From: Isurus oxyrinchus
Lineage: Eukaryota
Direction: 5' to 3'
Length of the DNA: 64,000 nt
NCBI GenBank assembly: GCA_026770705.1
Contig: JANJGN010000101.1
Location: 1,054,001 to 1,118,000 of the forward strand
Within the stretch, counting starts at the first letter, position 1. Every line of letters starts with the position of its first letter. Positions 1 through 11,499 of the stretch are shown here, piece by piece. A program made the translations under genes and the position numbers. Below the pieces are notes generated by a model that worked only from the letters and a program-made list of their open reading frames with translations, had not been told where the DNA came from and did not search any database.

Positions 1-279
1 ACGTCTGTAGTTATTCCAATGAATTAAAAGCTATTTACGTGGTTTACCAGAATTAAGGAAAGTTTTGGAATTAACGGATAATTATGTTGCCATTCTACAC
101 GGTAACAGACCATGTGTGTCATGTTTATGTGAAGATATCTGGAGCTCAGTTGAGAGTTTAGAAAAAGATGGAGTGCAAAAATATATTTGTGATCAAAATT
201 CAGTTCAAGTTCGCGGTGTTAGCTTCAAGAATTAAAACTTTTGTCAGCTGTAGGGATTTCATACTCTCTCAAACACATG

Positions 280-317
280 GCCTCACAGTCACACAAATGC
301 AAATGTGTGTGTGCACA

Positions 318-365
<48 letters not shown>

Positions 366-800
366 ACAGATACAAATGCAGATATACACAACCCCATAAG
401 CAGACTCATGTTGGACATGTAAACATATGCATGAATATGTTCATTACTATGCTTCAACGAACACAAAAATATAGATCTAAAGACACACTATCATGCACAG
501 TAATGCAAATACATAGACATTTCCATACACACATTAACAAATTGACACACGGGCTCTTAGATGAACAGGCAATAGCATTTTCACAAACACTGAACAAGAA
601 ACGAAGATGAATATATTCACACACCCACAATAACACAAACACATAGAAACACACATTTTAGTACACATGGACAACTAAACAGACATAAACACATAGTTAT
701 AAACATCCATCAACACATAAAGCCACGCCGTAACATATTCACACGCTCATGCAGGCAAAATTATCAACATAGCAAACAGAGAACCTAAAAAGTCATAATA
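280..800. repeat. AC-rich low-complexity tract with (AC)n microsatellite at ~325-357
   Basis: Pure AC run at 325-357 within degenerate ACAC-rich sequence; similar sequence resumes at ~2010-2230 after the Penelope insertion. Confidence 0.9.
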
Positions 801-834
801 TCAGATACATTAACAAGCAAGGACGGAAACGAAC

Positions 835-1996
835 GCAAAAATAGCTGGAAAACTCCACAGGTCTGAGAGCATCTGCGGAGAGGATCACAGTTAACGTTTC
901 GAGTCCGCATGAATCTTCATCAGAATTAAGGAAAAATAGAAATGAAGTGAAATATAAACTGGTTGAAGGGGTTGGAACAGGTAGAGCTGGATAGAGGGCC
1001 AGTGATAGGTGGAGGCAAAGAAGAGATTGACAAAGATGTCATAGGCAAAAGGACAAATGAATGTTAACGGTGGTGATGTTAGCAAAGGAACATGCTAATG
1101 GTGACATTAAGGGTAGAAAGTAGGACGAGCAAGTGACAGATAGCCTCCGTGGGACTGTGGTGGGGGAAAGGGATCAAAATAGGCTAAAAGGTGGAGGTAA
1201 AACAATGAGTGGAAATTAAATTAAAAATATTAGAAATAGGTGGAAAAAGAAAAACATATTAAAAAATATTTTTTTAAATTATAAAGTATTGCAAATATTA
1301 GACTATACGCAGACACCGGTCTGTCTGCAAGCATGACTCAGACCTCCTGGTCACTTGCCATTTCAACACACCACCCTGCTTTCATGCCCACATGTCCGTC
1401 CTTGGCCTGCTGCAATGTTCTGGGAAGGACAACGCAAACTGGAGGAACAGCACCTCATCTCCTGATTAGGCACTTTACCGACTTCCAGACTTAACATTGA
1501 TTTCAACAACTTCAGATCATCAATTTTCTCCTCCATCCCCACCCCCTTTCCGATCCCCTATTTCCAAAAATTTATAATTTTTAAAATATGATTTTTTAAA
1601 TATATTTTCCTTTTCCCACCTATTTCAATTATTTTTAAATTTATTTCCATTCAGTTTTTCTTCACCTTTTAGCCTATTTCGGTCTCTTCCCCTCACCGCA
1701 ACCCCATCACATTTCCACCATCAACACCCCTTTACCCTTTACTCGTTGACATCATTGGAAATCTCTTCTTTGCCGCCACCTATCTCGGGCCCTCTATCCA
1801 GCTCTACCTATCCCACCCCCCTCAACCAGCTTATATTTCACCTCATTTCTATTTTTCCTCAGTTCTGATGAAGAGTCATCCGGACTCGTAACATTAACTC
1901 TATTCCCCGCCGCAGATGATGTCAGACCTGCTGAGTTTTTGCAGCTATTCTTGTTTTTGTTTCAGATTTGCAGCATCCACAGTATTTTGCTTTTAT
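835..1996 (+). mobile_element. 5'-truncated Penelope-like retroelement with inverted 5' pseudo-LTR
   Basis: ~1310-1520 reads as a decayed GIY-YIG C-terminus (CHFNTPPC..RKLEEQHLI..LGTL..LNIDFNNF). ~835-1290 is an inverted copy of ~1560-1960. Flanked by imperfect TSD ggacggaaacgaac (821-834) / ggacgtaaacaaac (1997-2010). Confidence 0.85.
888..927 (-). ncRNA. Minimal hammerhead ribozyme motif in Penelope pseudo-LTR
   Basis: Minus strand reads aattCTGATGAagattcatgcggactcGAAACGTTaactg: CUGAUGA core, stem II, GAAA, palindromic stem III. The plus-strand partner at ~1862-1897 has GAAA mutated to GTAA. Confidence 0.7.
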
Positions 1997-4527
1997 GGAC
2001 GTAAACAAACTCTTTGACACAGGCATTAATAAGTGAACATAAACATCAACGCATAAACAGGCACACTGATACACAAACATTTACAAATGAACAAACAAAC
2101 ATACACAGGTGCGCCACACATAAATAAGCATAGCAACGTTCATTCCACATCAACACACACATCAGCATTCATACAACATGGCACACATACACGGTTAAAT
2201 GCAGAGCACGAGACACCCCTGCACGCTATACGCAAATATATGCTTTTAAAAAAAACGAATGCCAGACGGAAGTCTATTTCAAGTGTTGTTTTTTAGCGGG
2301 CACATCTTCCAAAAATTTCTGGGAGCACATAAAGACCCAGGAAACACAAGGAAGCAATGTTCTGAATTATAAACTGATTTAAGTTAACTATGTGCCATAC
2401 ATTACTACCACAAATAAACAAACAAGTTGAAAATTTACAGAGTTCAGAATCTCAGAATTAATAGCGATCAGTACCTACCATTAAAATAATTGTTATCAAT
2501 TATTAAACGTCCTGCAATTTACTGCATAATATAATCCAATGATAGGCCGCACGAAATTGATCCAAAATGAACTGGTACCGAAGGGGGAAAAGACAGTTTT
2601 TTTCCAATACGGGCAGGATGAGGAAAGTAAAGTGAGAACAGCTGTGGGGTTAGTGACAGGCAGAGATTGCTGAGAGTCGCCAATTTATTACCAGATATGC
2701 ACTGAAAATTTAATGCGAAGACAAATCAATAGTTTGAGGGAAATACAATAGATTTAATATATATTTTAAAAAGTAAGATACCCTCGGATTCTAACAATGT
2801 AATTAAATTTCCTCGGTTATATTCCTGTAGATTCCACAGAACGCCATGTGGATTGAAGGCAATGAGGACGATAACGGGAACGTCTGCACAACAGCTTCCA
2901 CATCCATTGCCCTGTTTGTCCTGAGCATTTTCTACAGAACTGCCGTCACTCTGGTAAATGTGAGAAAATTGAATTTACTAACACGACAATCTGACAGAAG
3001 CGGTTTGAAAACTTTCTTAATGTTTCAACGATTAAGATCTATAACATAAATGCACCAGATCATAAACATCTGCTTCATTATATTCTCCCTCTTTTACAGA
3101 TCAAGTGATCGGTTGAATTTCGGACCCCGTAGCTTTTCCTTTAATTCCAATTTAAAATATGTTCTCTTGGTCACTGTAAAAGTGAAATGTTCTCACTTTG
3201 TAATTCCAGATCTGTAACCGAACCTGCCACAGAATTTCCGTTTTTCTGTTTGAAATGTGCGAGATGTTAATGGTTGTAATGAAATTGGAGCATCTAATTT
3301 CCATGGACTTAGAATTCCATTTGTCTTTAATTAACTTTTCTCGTTCCATGTTCACTATTGTTCCCTTCCCTTTCCATTGAGCTTCTGTTTTCTCTTTCTG
3401 ATCTATGTTTCCGTGGTACATACGGTTTACCAACTCAGAGTGCATGTTCCCAATTTGACGCTCAGGCATTATATTCACGTCTGTTAACCATAAATTAAAC
3501 TTTCATGTAAAATATTCTCTGAAATTGCTAATGAATGTGGAATGAAAAGTGAACTAATTATGGCTTTGCTGAATTCCTTTTTCTGCGGTCCATCGACACT
3601 CCACCATTTTCCCTATTACACATTTCTCCCTATTTCACCAGTCCTGTCTGGGATCTATTTGCCCAGAAGGCCCCAATGGGCCACCCATCGCCCCTTCCGT
3701 GCAAAGGGACCTTTACCTCTGCCTGTTTCTGGCAATTGCCTGAGGCGGAATGATTGAACAGGGAGGGCCACCTCGGTGATTTGACTCATACTCTGGGCAG
3801 TCACAGTCACATGTCAGGTAATTTTATATGGTAGCGTTCGGCTTCTTCAGAGGCTGACGCATGACAGGATGTTGGATCAGAAAACTTCCTTTACACTGCC
3901 CTAGCCAACACTCCCACGGTTGGTACAGCCAGGGTCATAACAGGGTTAAGATCCCTCTGCATTGTCCAGTTAAACACTTTGAAGGCAGGGGTGCCGCTGG
4001 CTAGATATATAACACAGGCATAATTGGGAGCACTGGCACTGATATATGATCGAGTGAAAATCCTGTAAATTATTACAGATCTTTAGGTCTATTGCACATA
4101 CCAGGGGGACAAAACCGCGAAAATGCCCAAAGACGGGGCTCCACGTGATGCAGCAAGTAAACATAAACACGGGGCTTGTTCCTTGATCCAGGGGCCTATC
4201 GAATACTGAGACACTGGCTTCGAAGTATTTCTTAAATACACAAACAGGCATTACTCGCACCCCACCCAAACCAGCGCCTTTCTGTTAAGAATATATACGG
4301 TCCACATTCCAGTAAATACACACTGAAAGTCCACTTCCAACTTTTCTTTTAAATCCATTAGCCCTGTCATTCTCCCTTTTCCTTCGATTGTGAACTGTTT
4401 CCCTGATCAGCTCATTCCCCCTGATACCATCTCCCTGTTCTCACTGAGCATAACCCCAGGGATCCTCTCTGCCTGCTCCATTCCTTCTGATACAATCTCC
4501 CTGAACTAAATGAACATCACCCCACGG

Positions 4528-4718
4528 TTACGTAAACACAGAAAATGCTGCTAAACCTCAGCAGGCGGATAGCACCTGTGGAAGAAGGAATAGAGTTGAC
4601 GTTTCGAGTCTGTCTGATGAAACGTTATAGCTTTGTTTCTGTCTCCACAGATGCTGTCAGACCTGCAGAGTTTTCTGTGTTTCTTTCAGATTTCCAGCAT
4701 TTGCAGTTTTATTCTTTT
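4528..4718. mobile_element. Short palindromic Penelope pseudo-LTR derivative
   Basis: Inverted ends (cagaaaatgctg..cagcagg / cctgcagagttttctg..atttccagcat). TSD-like atcaccccacgg / atcaccctcggg. Same insertion is present in copy C. Confidence 0.75.
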
Positions 4719-5010
4719 ATCACCCTCGGGTTTTGTTCCATCTGCTTCATTGTTTTTTCAGTGGTTCCTTCAGCGCCTCCCAATCATGGGAATATCAGGA
4801 GAAGTTCTCTCCACGACCCAACATTTTCTCTAAAATCCCAGAGTTCACGGGCGAGGTTCCTTGTTGTTGAATGTAGGAAGAGTGAGGCAGGGAAAAATTA
4901 CCGACGCATCTTAAAGACTCGGAATGCTGTTTGTTAATCGGTGAAGTTAATGTTAAACCCTTTATCTCTCCCAAACTGACTCCCATCCTCTTCCACACTA
5001 CCGTTCAGGA

Positions 5011-5258
5011 CATTTCAAACAACAACAGAAAATGCAATAAAAGCTCAGCAGGTCTGACAGCATCTGCGAAGGAAAAGACAGAGTTAATGTTTCGAGTCCG
5101 TATGACTCTTCTTCAGAGTCTTCTTCTCTGAAGAAAAGTCATACGGATTTGAAACGTTAATTCTGCCTTTCTGTCCACATATGATGTTAGACGTGCTGCG
5201 CTTTTCCAGCATTTTCTGTCTGTGTTCCAGATTTCCACCATTCGCAGTATTTTGCTTT
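5011..5258. mobile_element. Short palindromic Penelope derivative with back-to-back hammerhead motifs
   Basis: TSD taccgttcagga at 4999-5010 and 5259-5270. Minus-strand CTGAAGA..GAAAC at ~5083-5117 and plus-strand CTGAAGA..GAAACGTT at 5128-5158. Confidence 0.8.
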
Positions 5259-5809
5259 TACCGTTCAGGATATCTCTCCACTGCTGGCTGCATTTATTTT
5301 TAGCCACCACCGTTGTGCTCCTGTGTTTCTCTGTCCTTTCCCAGTCTCGGAAACACTCAATGGACGCACGGCCCCAATAAGATGCCAAGAACTCACTCCC
5401 ACGGGCCCACAGTCCTCAGTCAGGGGTCACAGGCGGAACAAACCTCCCCGCTGAGCGGGGGCTGTGGACGGCCTGTGATCACTCGCTGCTGAATCAGTGC
5501 GGGAAATTGCCAATTACGGTCGATATATGTTACGGTTCAATGAGTGTTGAAATTGAGTGGCTATTTTAATGAGAACGGAAGTCATCTTTTCATTCAATTG
5601 AAACGCTCTTTTTAATAAACAGCAGGCACGAGCAGGGTATGACTTCACAATAACATGGCCTTCGTCGATTGGTCCTGCAGCGAATGATGTCACAATTTTT
5701 CCAACACGTCACTGCACCGTGATTGGTTCTTGTTCCATTAAAGTCGGCTGTGCATCAGTTCATTATTCTTACTCTGGATATTCCAAGATGCTTTTTGACC
5801 GTCACCCTA

Positions 5810-6335
5810 TACCTTATGAGACAATGATCGCTGTCTCCTTGATGTTCCCCGCTGATACTTGATCTACCTGTCTAACCTCATTTGCAAGAGCCAGGTCTAG
5901 CAGTGCCTCCTTTCTTGTTGTACCGGACACATACTGTTGTACAACATTCCCGTGAACACAATCGAGCAGCTCTTGCCCTTCTCTGTCCTTTACACTGCGA
6001 GTATCCCAGTCTATATTCCGGTAATTAAAGTCCCCCATTATTACTATTCTTTCATGATTGGACCTCTGTGTTTACCCTGCAGAGTTGTTCCATTACATCC
6101 TTCCTACTGGCAGGTGGACGGTAGACAACACCTCGCACTTAATGGCACATTTTTTCCCCCTTAGCTCTCGCCAAATTGATTCCGTCCTTCAACCTTCTGG
6201 GACATCCTCTTTCTGCAGCACTGCAATGCTCTCCTTAAACAATACCGTCACCCCCGTCCTTTTCTTCCTGCACAATCTTTACTGCATACCTTTTACAGAG
6301 AAATATTTAGCATCCAGTCCTGCACGTCCTTGATC
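5810..6335 (-). mobile_element. CR1-clade LINE ORF2 endonuclease fragment
   Basis: ORF 5814-6038 MGDFNYRNIDW..FLDCV-like..TRKEALLDL, a typical APE-domain motif. Confidence 0.85.
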
Positions 6336-7050
6336 CTGTTGAAAACGGAAGTCTATGAAACGAAAAGCCAGAGGCAGCTTGGCCGAATTTATGAGAGAAT
6401 TGCAGTAAGGTGATGCAGTGCATAATTTCCAAAGCAGTAAGTGTACAATTATCTTGAGGCTGCTTTAAAAACTCGCGTTGTAACTTATAACATTAGACAA
6501 GCATGTGAACATCGAATATCACATGACAATCCTGCAGCCTGTGTCACATTTCCTGTCTTGTTTGAAAATTCTTGCATCGGGGCATTTTCTACCACAGCGT
6601 ATATTCACTTGTGCAGCACTCATTAGTGTTTAAAGGGCTTTTCAAGTATATGAAAGTGTTCGAAAAATTTGAAAATTTTTAAAGTCCGTAGAAGTGTTTT
6701 AAATCATAACAAAACACCCATCTGCCTTTGGCCTGAAAAGGGACCGCAGGGAACTTGTATCAGGCTCGTGACGTCAGGAGGGGCGGCCGTCGTCAGCAGT
6801 CACCCCGATGCTACATTTCAAAGATCATTTTGTCCATGGGCCATGCATCAGCCAAAGGCTTAAATTCTGGCGGCAGCCAGTGAACCAGTCAAATTGGGAT
6901 TCTCCAGAGCAATCAGGGCCAAAGGCCTCTCATTCACCCCTGAATCTTTTTATGAGAAAATAAATTGTGATCATGCTGCAATCTTTGGGTGTCAACTCCA
7001 TTGAAAAAAAAACCTTTTATTCTCCCAAAACATAAACGTCAGTCCTGAAG

Positions 7051-7147
7051 CAGCTGGGCTGAACTGTTATTATTTAAAATTAATGTATTTAATGCAAGAG
7101 ATCAAACCACCTAATTAACTCCCTGGCGCTTCACATCAGTTATAAAT
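7051..7147 (+). promoter_or_regulatory. Proximal promoter of GPCR copy 1
   Basis: CAGCTG at 7051, CTAATTAACTCCCTGG at 7111-7126, TATAAAT at 7141 (57 nt before ATG); same spacing as copies 2 and 4. Confidence 0.65.
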
Positions 7148-7539
7148 GTGACAATCTTTCAGTGATGAGCAGAAGGCGTTCAGAACATTTGTTGAAAATG
7201 CACGGATCATCAAACGACATTCTGTCTGCCATTTATTATCCAGTCCTTGCAGCTCTCGGGGTTCCAGGTAAAGTATTGTAATTAGTATTTTGATACGGAA
7301 ATCGGTTATCTGCAGGAATTCTACCTTTTAAAAGCATTGTATATCCATTGCGATATACCCATTCTCCCATTTCGCCCTTTATCTGTACAATTCTCCCCAT
7401 TAATGGAGCAATTTCCCTCTTTTAACAAGTATATTTTACCCCTCTAAAAGAACATTTTCCCCACTTTATAGGTATAATGTCTCAATTTTGACAATATAAT
7501 TTGTTCCCTTTGCCTAAAATTCTCACCGCTAATGGCTTA

Positions 7540-7830
7540 ATAATATGCTATTAAAGGTGCAATTCTGCGCTGTTAGTGGCATAATATAACCTTGTTAAAA
7601 ACAAAATTTCACAATTTAAGTGCTATCATATCACCCTGCAAAGTGTGTAATTTCTCGCTGTTAATGGTAAAATATTACCCTGTTCAGGGTGAAATTTCTC
7701 GTTGTTAGCGGTATAATATCCCCCCTTATAAGGGTGTAATTTTTCGTTGTAAGTGGTATTATATTACCGTCTTCAACGGTGTTTTGCACCATTTAGTACT
7801 GGTGTATTTTCACACTGTTATCACAGTGCA
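7540..7830. repeat. Degenerate AT-rich minisatellite in GPCR1 intron
   Basis: Recurring gtgtaatttctcgctgttaatggtataatat-like units. Confidence 0.55.
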
Positions 7831-7841
7831 ATTGCCTTTCC

Positions 7842-8230
7842 ATTCTGTTACTGGCATTGTTGCTGAAGGAGAATTATCACATTGTAATCACGGTGCAAGT
7901 GTAATTGTCTTCTGTTACTGCAGGTGTATTTTAACAGTGACATTACAGTCTAAATGTTTTTCCATTGTGTTTCCAGTATCGTTACTGAAGGTGAATTATG
8001 ACATTGTAATCACGGTGTGAATGTGATCACCTTCTGTTACTGACAGTCTAACTGTGGTTGAGTGATCACACTTTAATCACAGTATGAATATGTTCGTGTT
8101 CTGTTACTGACAGTTGAACTGTGGTTATGTTATCACACTTTAAACGCACCGTGAAATGGATCATCTTCTGTTACTGACAGTCGAACTGTGGATGAGCTAT
8201 CACACTGTTTTCACGGTGCAAATGTAAATC
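7842..8230. repeat. ~67-bp minisatellite in GPCR1 intron
   Basis: ttctgttactg recurs at ~7843, 7910, 8032, 8099 and 8166, the last three followed by acagt..aactgtgg..atcacact. Confidence 0.8.
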
Positions 8231-11049
8231 TGTTGTGTTGTTCACATTGACAATGATCGAACAATTCCCACGAATGTTTCATTGATAGAGAGCAATGTAA
8301 CATTCAATATTCCCCCAATGAATTTGATGGAAGGACATCATGAGCACCCAGTTTTTGACAGATGTATGAACAATGTAATAATAGACTTTTGATGAATATT
8401 CTATATTAGCACCACGATCACAGAGGTGTGTTTCTGCTCTCAGTCTCCAACACTAATTGGTTCATGAGCTGCTGCTGATGCTTCTACTTGACCACTGTTG
8501 ACGCCGGAATTTCCTTCTGCTGATATCACCGGGCAATGTCCCACATTTTCCCGTCTCCGCTGTTTATCCATATTGAATGAGGCTGCCTACTTGGCTGCAT
8601 CTTTCACATCTCAGGTGCAATGCTTTGATTTGAAATATCCATTACAGGACAACGTTGATAGTTGATCCCGAAAGTGCAGTGCAGTACGGAGTCAGTGCTG
8701 CATTGCAAGAGGGACCTCACTCAGAAGGAGACTTCGGTTTCTGCCATTTCCAAAGGTTCAGATCGACACTGATCTTCCAGTTGACTATATGTGAGGAGCT
8801 AGGATGTATCTTCACATGCAGGTAAACGCCCTGTCTGGAAGATCAGAAATCATTCATTGCCCCTTTACTCCTCGCTGTATGTCGATATTTTTGAGCAGGT
8901 TTAATTCCCAAAGTTCACAACAATGAATAATTTTCAATAATTATTGCCAATTATTATATAGGAAAGGAACTATATTGATCTTCAGTGAGATATAATCCGT
9001 GCCCTTGTTAGTTTCCACACTTCTTGTTGCTTGTTTTGTTACTTACCTTCGTCATTATTTCCTGCAATGCCTTGCAGATGCGTACACTTTCTTCTTGCTT
9101 ATACAAAAATTCTAGGTTGGTTTCTCAGTTTTAACGATGTCTTTTGTTCTCCATTAGTTTTTATTAAAATATTTGACATTCATATAACTTTGACCTGACC
9201 TATATTGAATTAAGATTTCAATTTACAAAGCTGAAGCACTTGCCCATTGCAATTGCGCAACTGGGGAACACATCTGAAATGTACAAATTCATGCAGAATC
9301 CTATACAATTGTTGATTTGTTTATAGTTTGAGCAGTAACCTTCCTGTATTCGTTCTCTCCCAAACTCACACACACACAAACTCAGTCTCTTTCCACCTTC
9401 TCTCTTTCTCTCTCTCTCTTTATTGCAGCTAACCTGGCGGTGATTGTGATCCTTTCTCGAGTAAAATGCGGTATCTCCACCTGTATAACCTATTATTTAC
9501 AATCCCTGGCGGTGTCAGATCCCCTGCTCATTATAACCGCTGTGATATTGAACCGGATTGCTGGTATTTATTTCCCACTCAGTTTCCTGTCAATCACACC
9601 AGTATGCAGTCTCCGTGAAGCCCTAATATATTCAGCCATAGACAGCTCTGCCTGGTTAACTACAGCTTTCACCTTTGATCGATTTGTGGCCATTTGTTGC
9701 CAGAAGCTGAAAGTAAAATGTTGTTCCAAAAAAACGGCGACACGGTTATAGGGACAATCTGTGCAATCAGCTGTGTCAAAAACACCTTCCAGTATTTTAT
9801 ATACGAATCTTTGTACATAATTGACGATGTGCCCTGGTTCTGCGATGTAAAAGTGATATTTTATACCTCACTTGCATGGATCGCCTATGACTGCATTCAT
9901 CACATTTTAACCCCTTGTCTCCCATTCATTCTGATTTTACTGCCCAATGTCCTGACAGTCAGACACATTCTCGCAGCCAGTAGAGCTCGCAGGAGACTCC
10001 AGACCCGGAGAAATGGAGACAATCAGCGTGACCCTGAGATGGAGAAGCGGAGAAAGTCCATCATTTTACTCTTCTGTGTATCGGGAAGTTTCATCCTCTT
10101 ATATTTGTTACTTTTTATAACTTTCCTCTATGTGCAAATTGGAAATGTTAAATACTTTTCAAGCTCTGAAATCAATCTTTCAACATTCATTCTTGAGGAA
10201 AAAGCATACATGCTTCAGTTTTTGAGTTCCTGCGCAAACCTGTTTATTTACGCAGGGACCAGAGTAAATTCAGAGAGGTGTTAAAGAATGGGGTGAAATA
10301 TCCATTACTTGAAATTGGTAAATTATTTAGACGAAAAGGACAGCAGAATCCAACTTCAACTGTACACAAGATTCCATCCTTTCCCCTTCTTGTCGATGCC
10401 ACGCATTGTTTTCCATTCTAGTTCACAGTCACTCAGTTTGAAAATAAGACTGTTAAAGGCGCAATACATCCGAGCACAATTAAGTGTCAGTATCTGTACT
10501 CTGGTAGTTAAATGTTCTCTTCCCCATATTTTCTGTGGTCTGTCTTATTCCCAGCAGAATCCAGGGTCCTTGTAGTCCTCGTAGTATCTCTATGTTCATG
10601 TGGACGACTAAGTGTCGTATCTCTGATTTCTTACACATTCCAACATGAAATGTGGATAAAGCAACTACAATCTCCCTGCGTCCCGCCCCAGTAATGATTC
10701 TGATCTTGATGGTTGGATACGCTTCGAAATGGATGCACATACTATCCTCAGGAATTGTTCTCCACTGACCAAGCACCGCTTTACAGCAAACACCTGAGCC
10801 CCTAAATATACAAACAGCGGACTGTGGGATTGTGATGGCAAAACACCATCAATTCATCTTCTGCACTTTCCGTTGGCCAATTGGGAAGAATCCCATCTCT
10901 AAAGGGGCCCCAAAAATGACCAAAAAAATCATTTTTTAAAAAGTTATAAAACTGCATAAGAACATTATCTTCATTTATCATTTATAAATCTTCAGCCGAT
11001 TTCATTTCCAGCTGTCCTGTTAGCCACGTTGATAAAGGTAGAAGGAATT

Positions 11050-11337
11050 TTTTTATTCATTCAATCGCTAAATGCTCTTGTTCAGAGAGCATTTAAGAGT
11101 CACGTAGAGGCCAGACAGCAGATGCTCTTTCCTGCAGGAAATAATTAAACCAAATGGGCTTTTACAGCAATTAGCAATGGTTTCATGATCATCATCAGAA
11201 GCTTAATTAAAGATTTTTATTGAATTCAAATTGCCCAACCTTCCACGGTGGGATGTGAACGTAGGTCCCCAGAGAATTAGGTTGGGCCTTATGCAATGTT
11301 AACCTGGTCATAATGCTGCTACGCCACCACCTCCCAT
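11050..11337 (-). mobile_element. tRNA-derived SINE (shark-type, LINE-derived 3' tail)
   Basis: Minus-strand head gggaggtggtggcgtagc, B-box-like gttcacatcccacc, and tail shared with other copies in the window. Confidence 0.7.
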
Positions 11338-11499
11338 CAGTAGTTAGCTGGTCCTACCAATTTATCTTAACAGTTATTCGACAACAGGCCCAGACGTGAT
11401 CAACTAAAATGTCAGTGGATAGCTTCAATATTCGGGGCGCGAACTTAGTTGCAGCAGTGGTACCGAAGTTTAGCTGTGGTTTGCTGGGGCACCCTCTAC

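Larger units (their letters stand above)
2290..5300. repeat. Segmental duplication copy A (paralogous to ~15395-17370 and ~56265-58800), containing a decayed minus-strand reading frame
   Basis: Long collinear similarity, e.g. gattccac...ggattgaagg..atgaggacgataacgggaac at ~2830, ~15930 and ~56285, and cttttacag..aagtgatcggttga at ~3090, ~16190 and ~56545. Confidence 0.9.
7198..10334 (+). pseudogene. GPR139/GPR142-like class A GPCR, copy 1 (exon 1 7198-7267, exon 2 from 9429), frameshifted
   Basis: Exon 1 MHGSSNDILSAIYYPVLAALGVP, donor GTAAAG. Pyrimidine tract and AG at 9427-9428. Exon 2 ANLAVIVILSR..FTFDRFVAICCQKLK. Single-base deletions near 9743 and 10260 split it into ORFs 9440-9751 and 9694-10284. 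TM7 SSCANLFIY. Confidence 0.9.

Noticed and set aside
168-654. ORFs rich in HTHT/CVCV
   Set aside because: Translation artefacts of the (AC)n repeat.
2846-3049. Plus-strand ORF WIEGNEDDNGN..FLSIF, similar in three places (also 15863 and 56197)
   Set aside because: Similarity follows from the segmental duplication; short, with non-ATG starts in two of three copies. The minus frame gives the longer reconstructable reading, though neither is proven.
7842-8230. Regularly spaced repeats superficially like a CRISPR array
   Set aside because: Whole units are similar with no unique spacers, the context is a eukaryotic intron, and there are no cas genes; it is a minisatellite.
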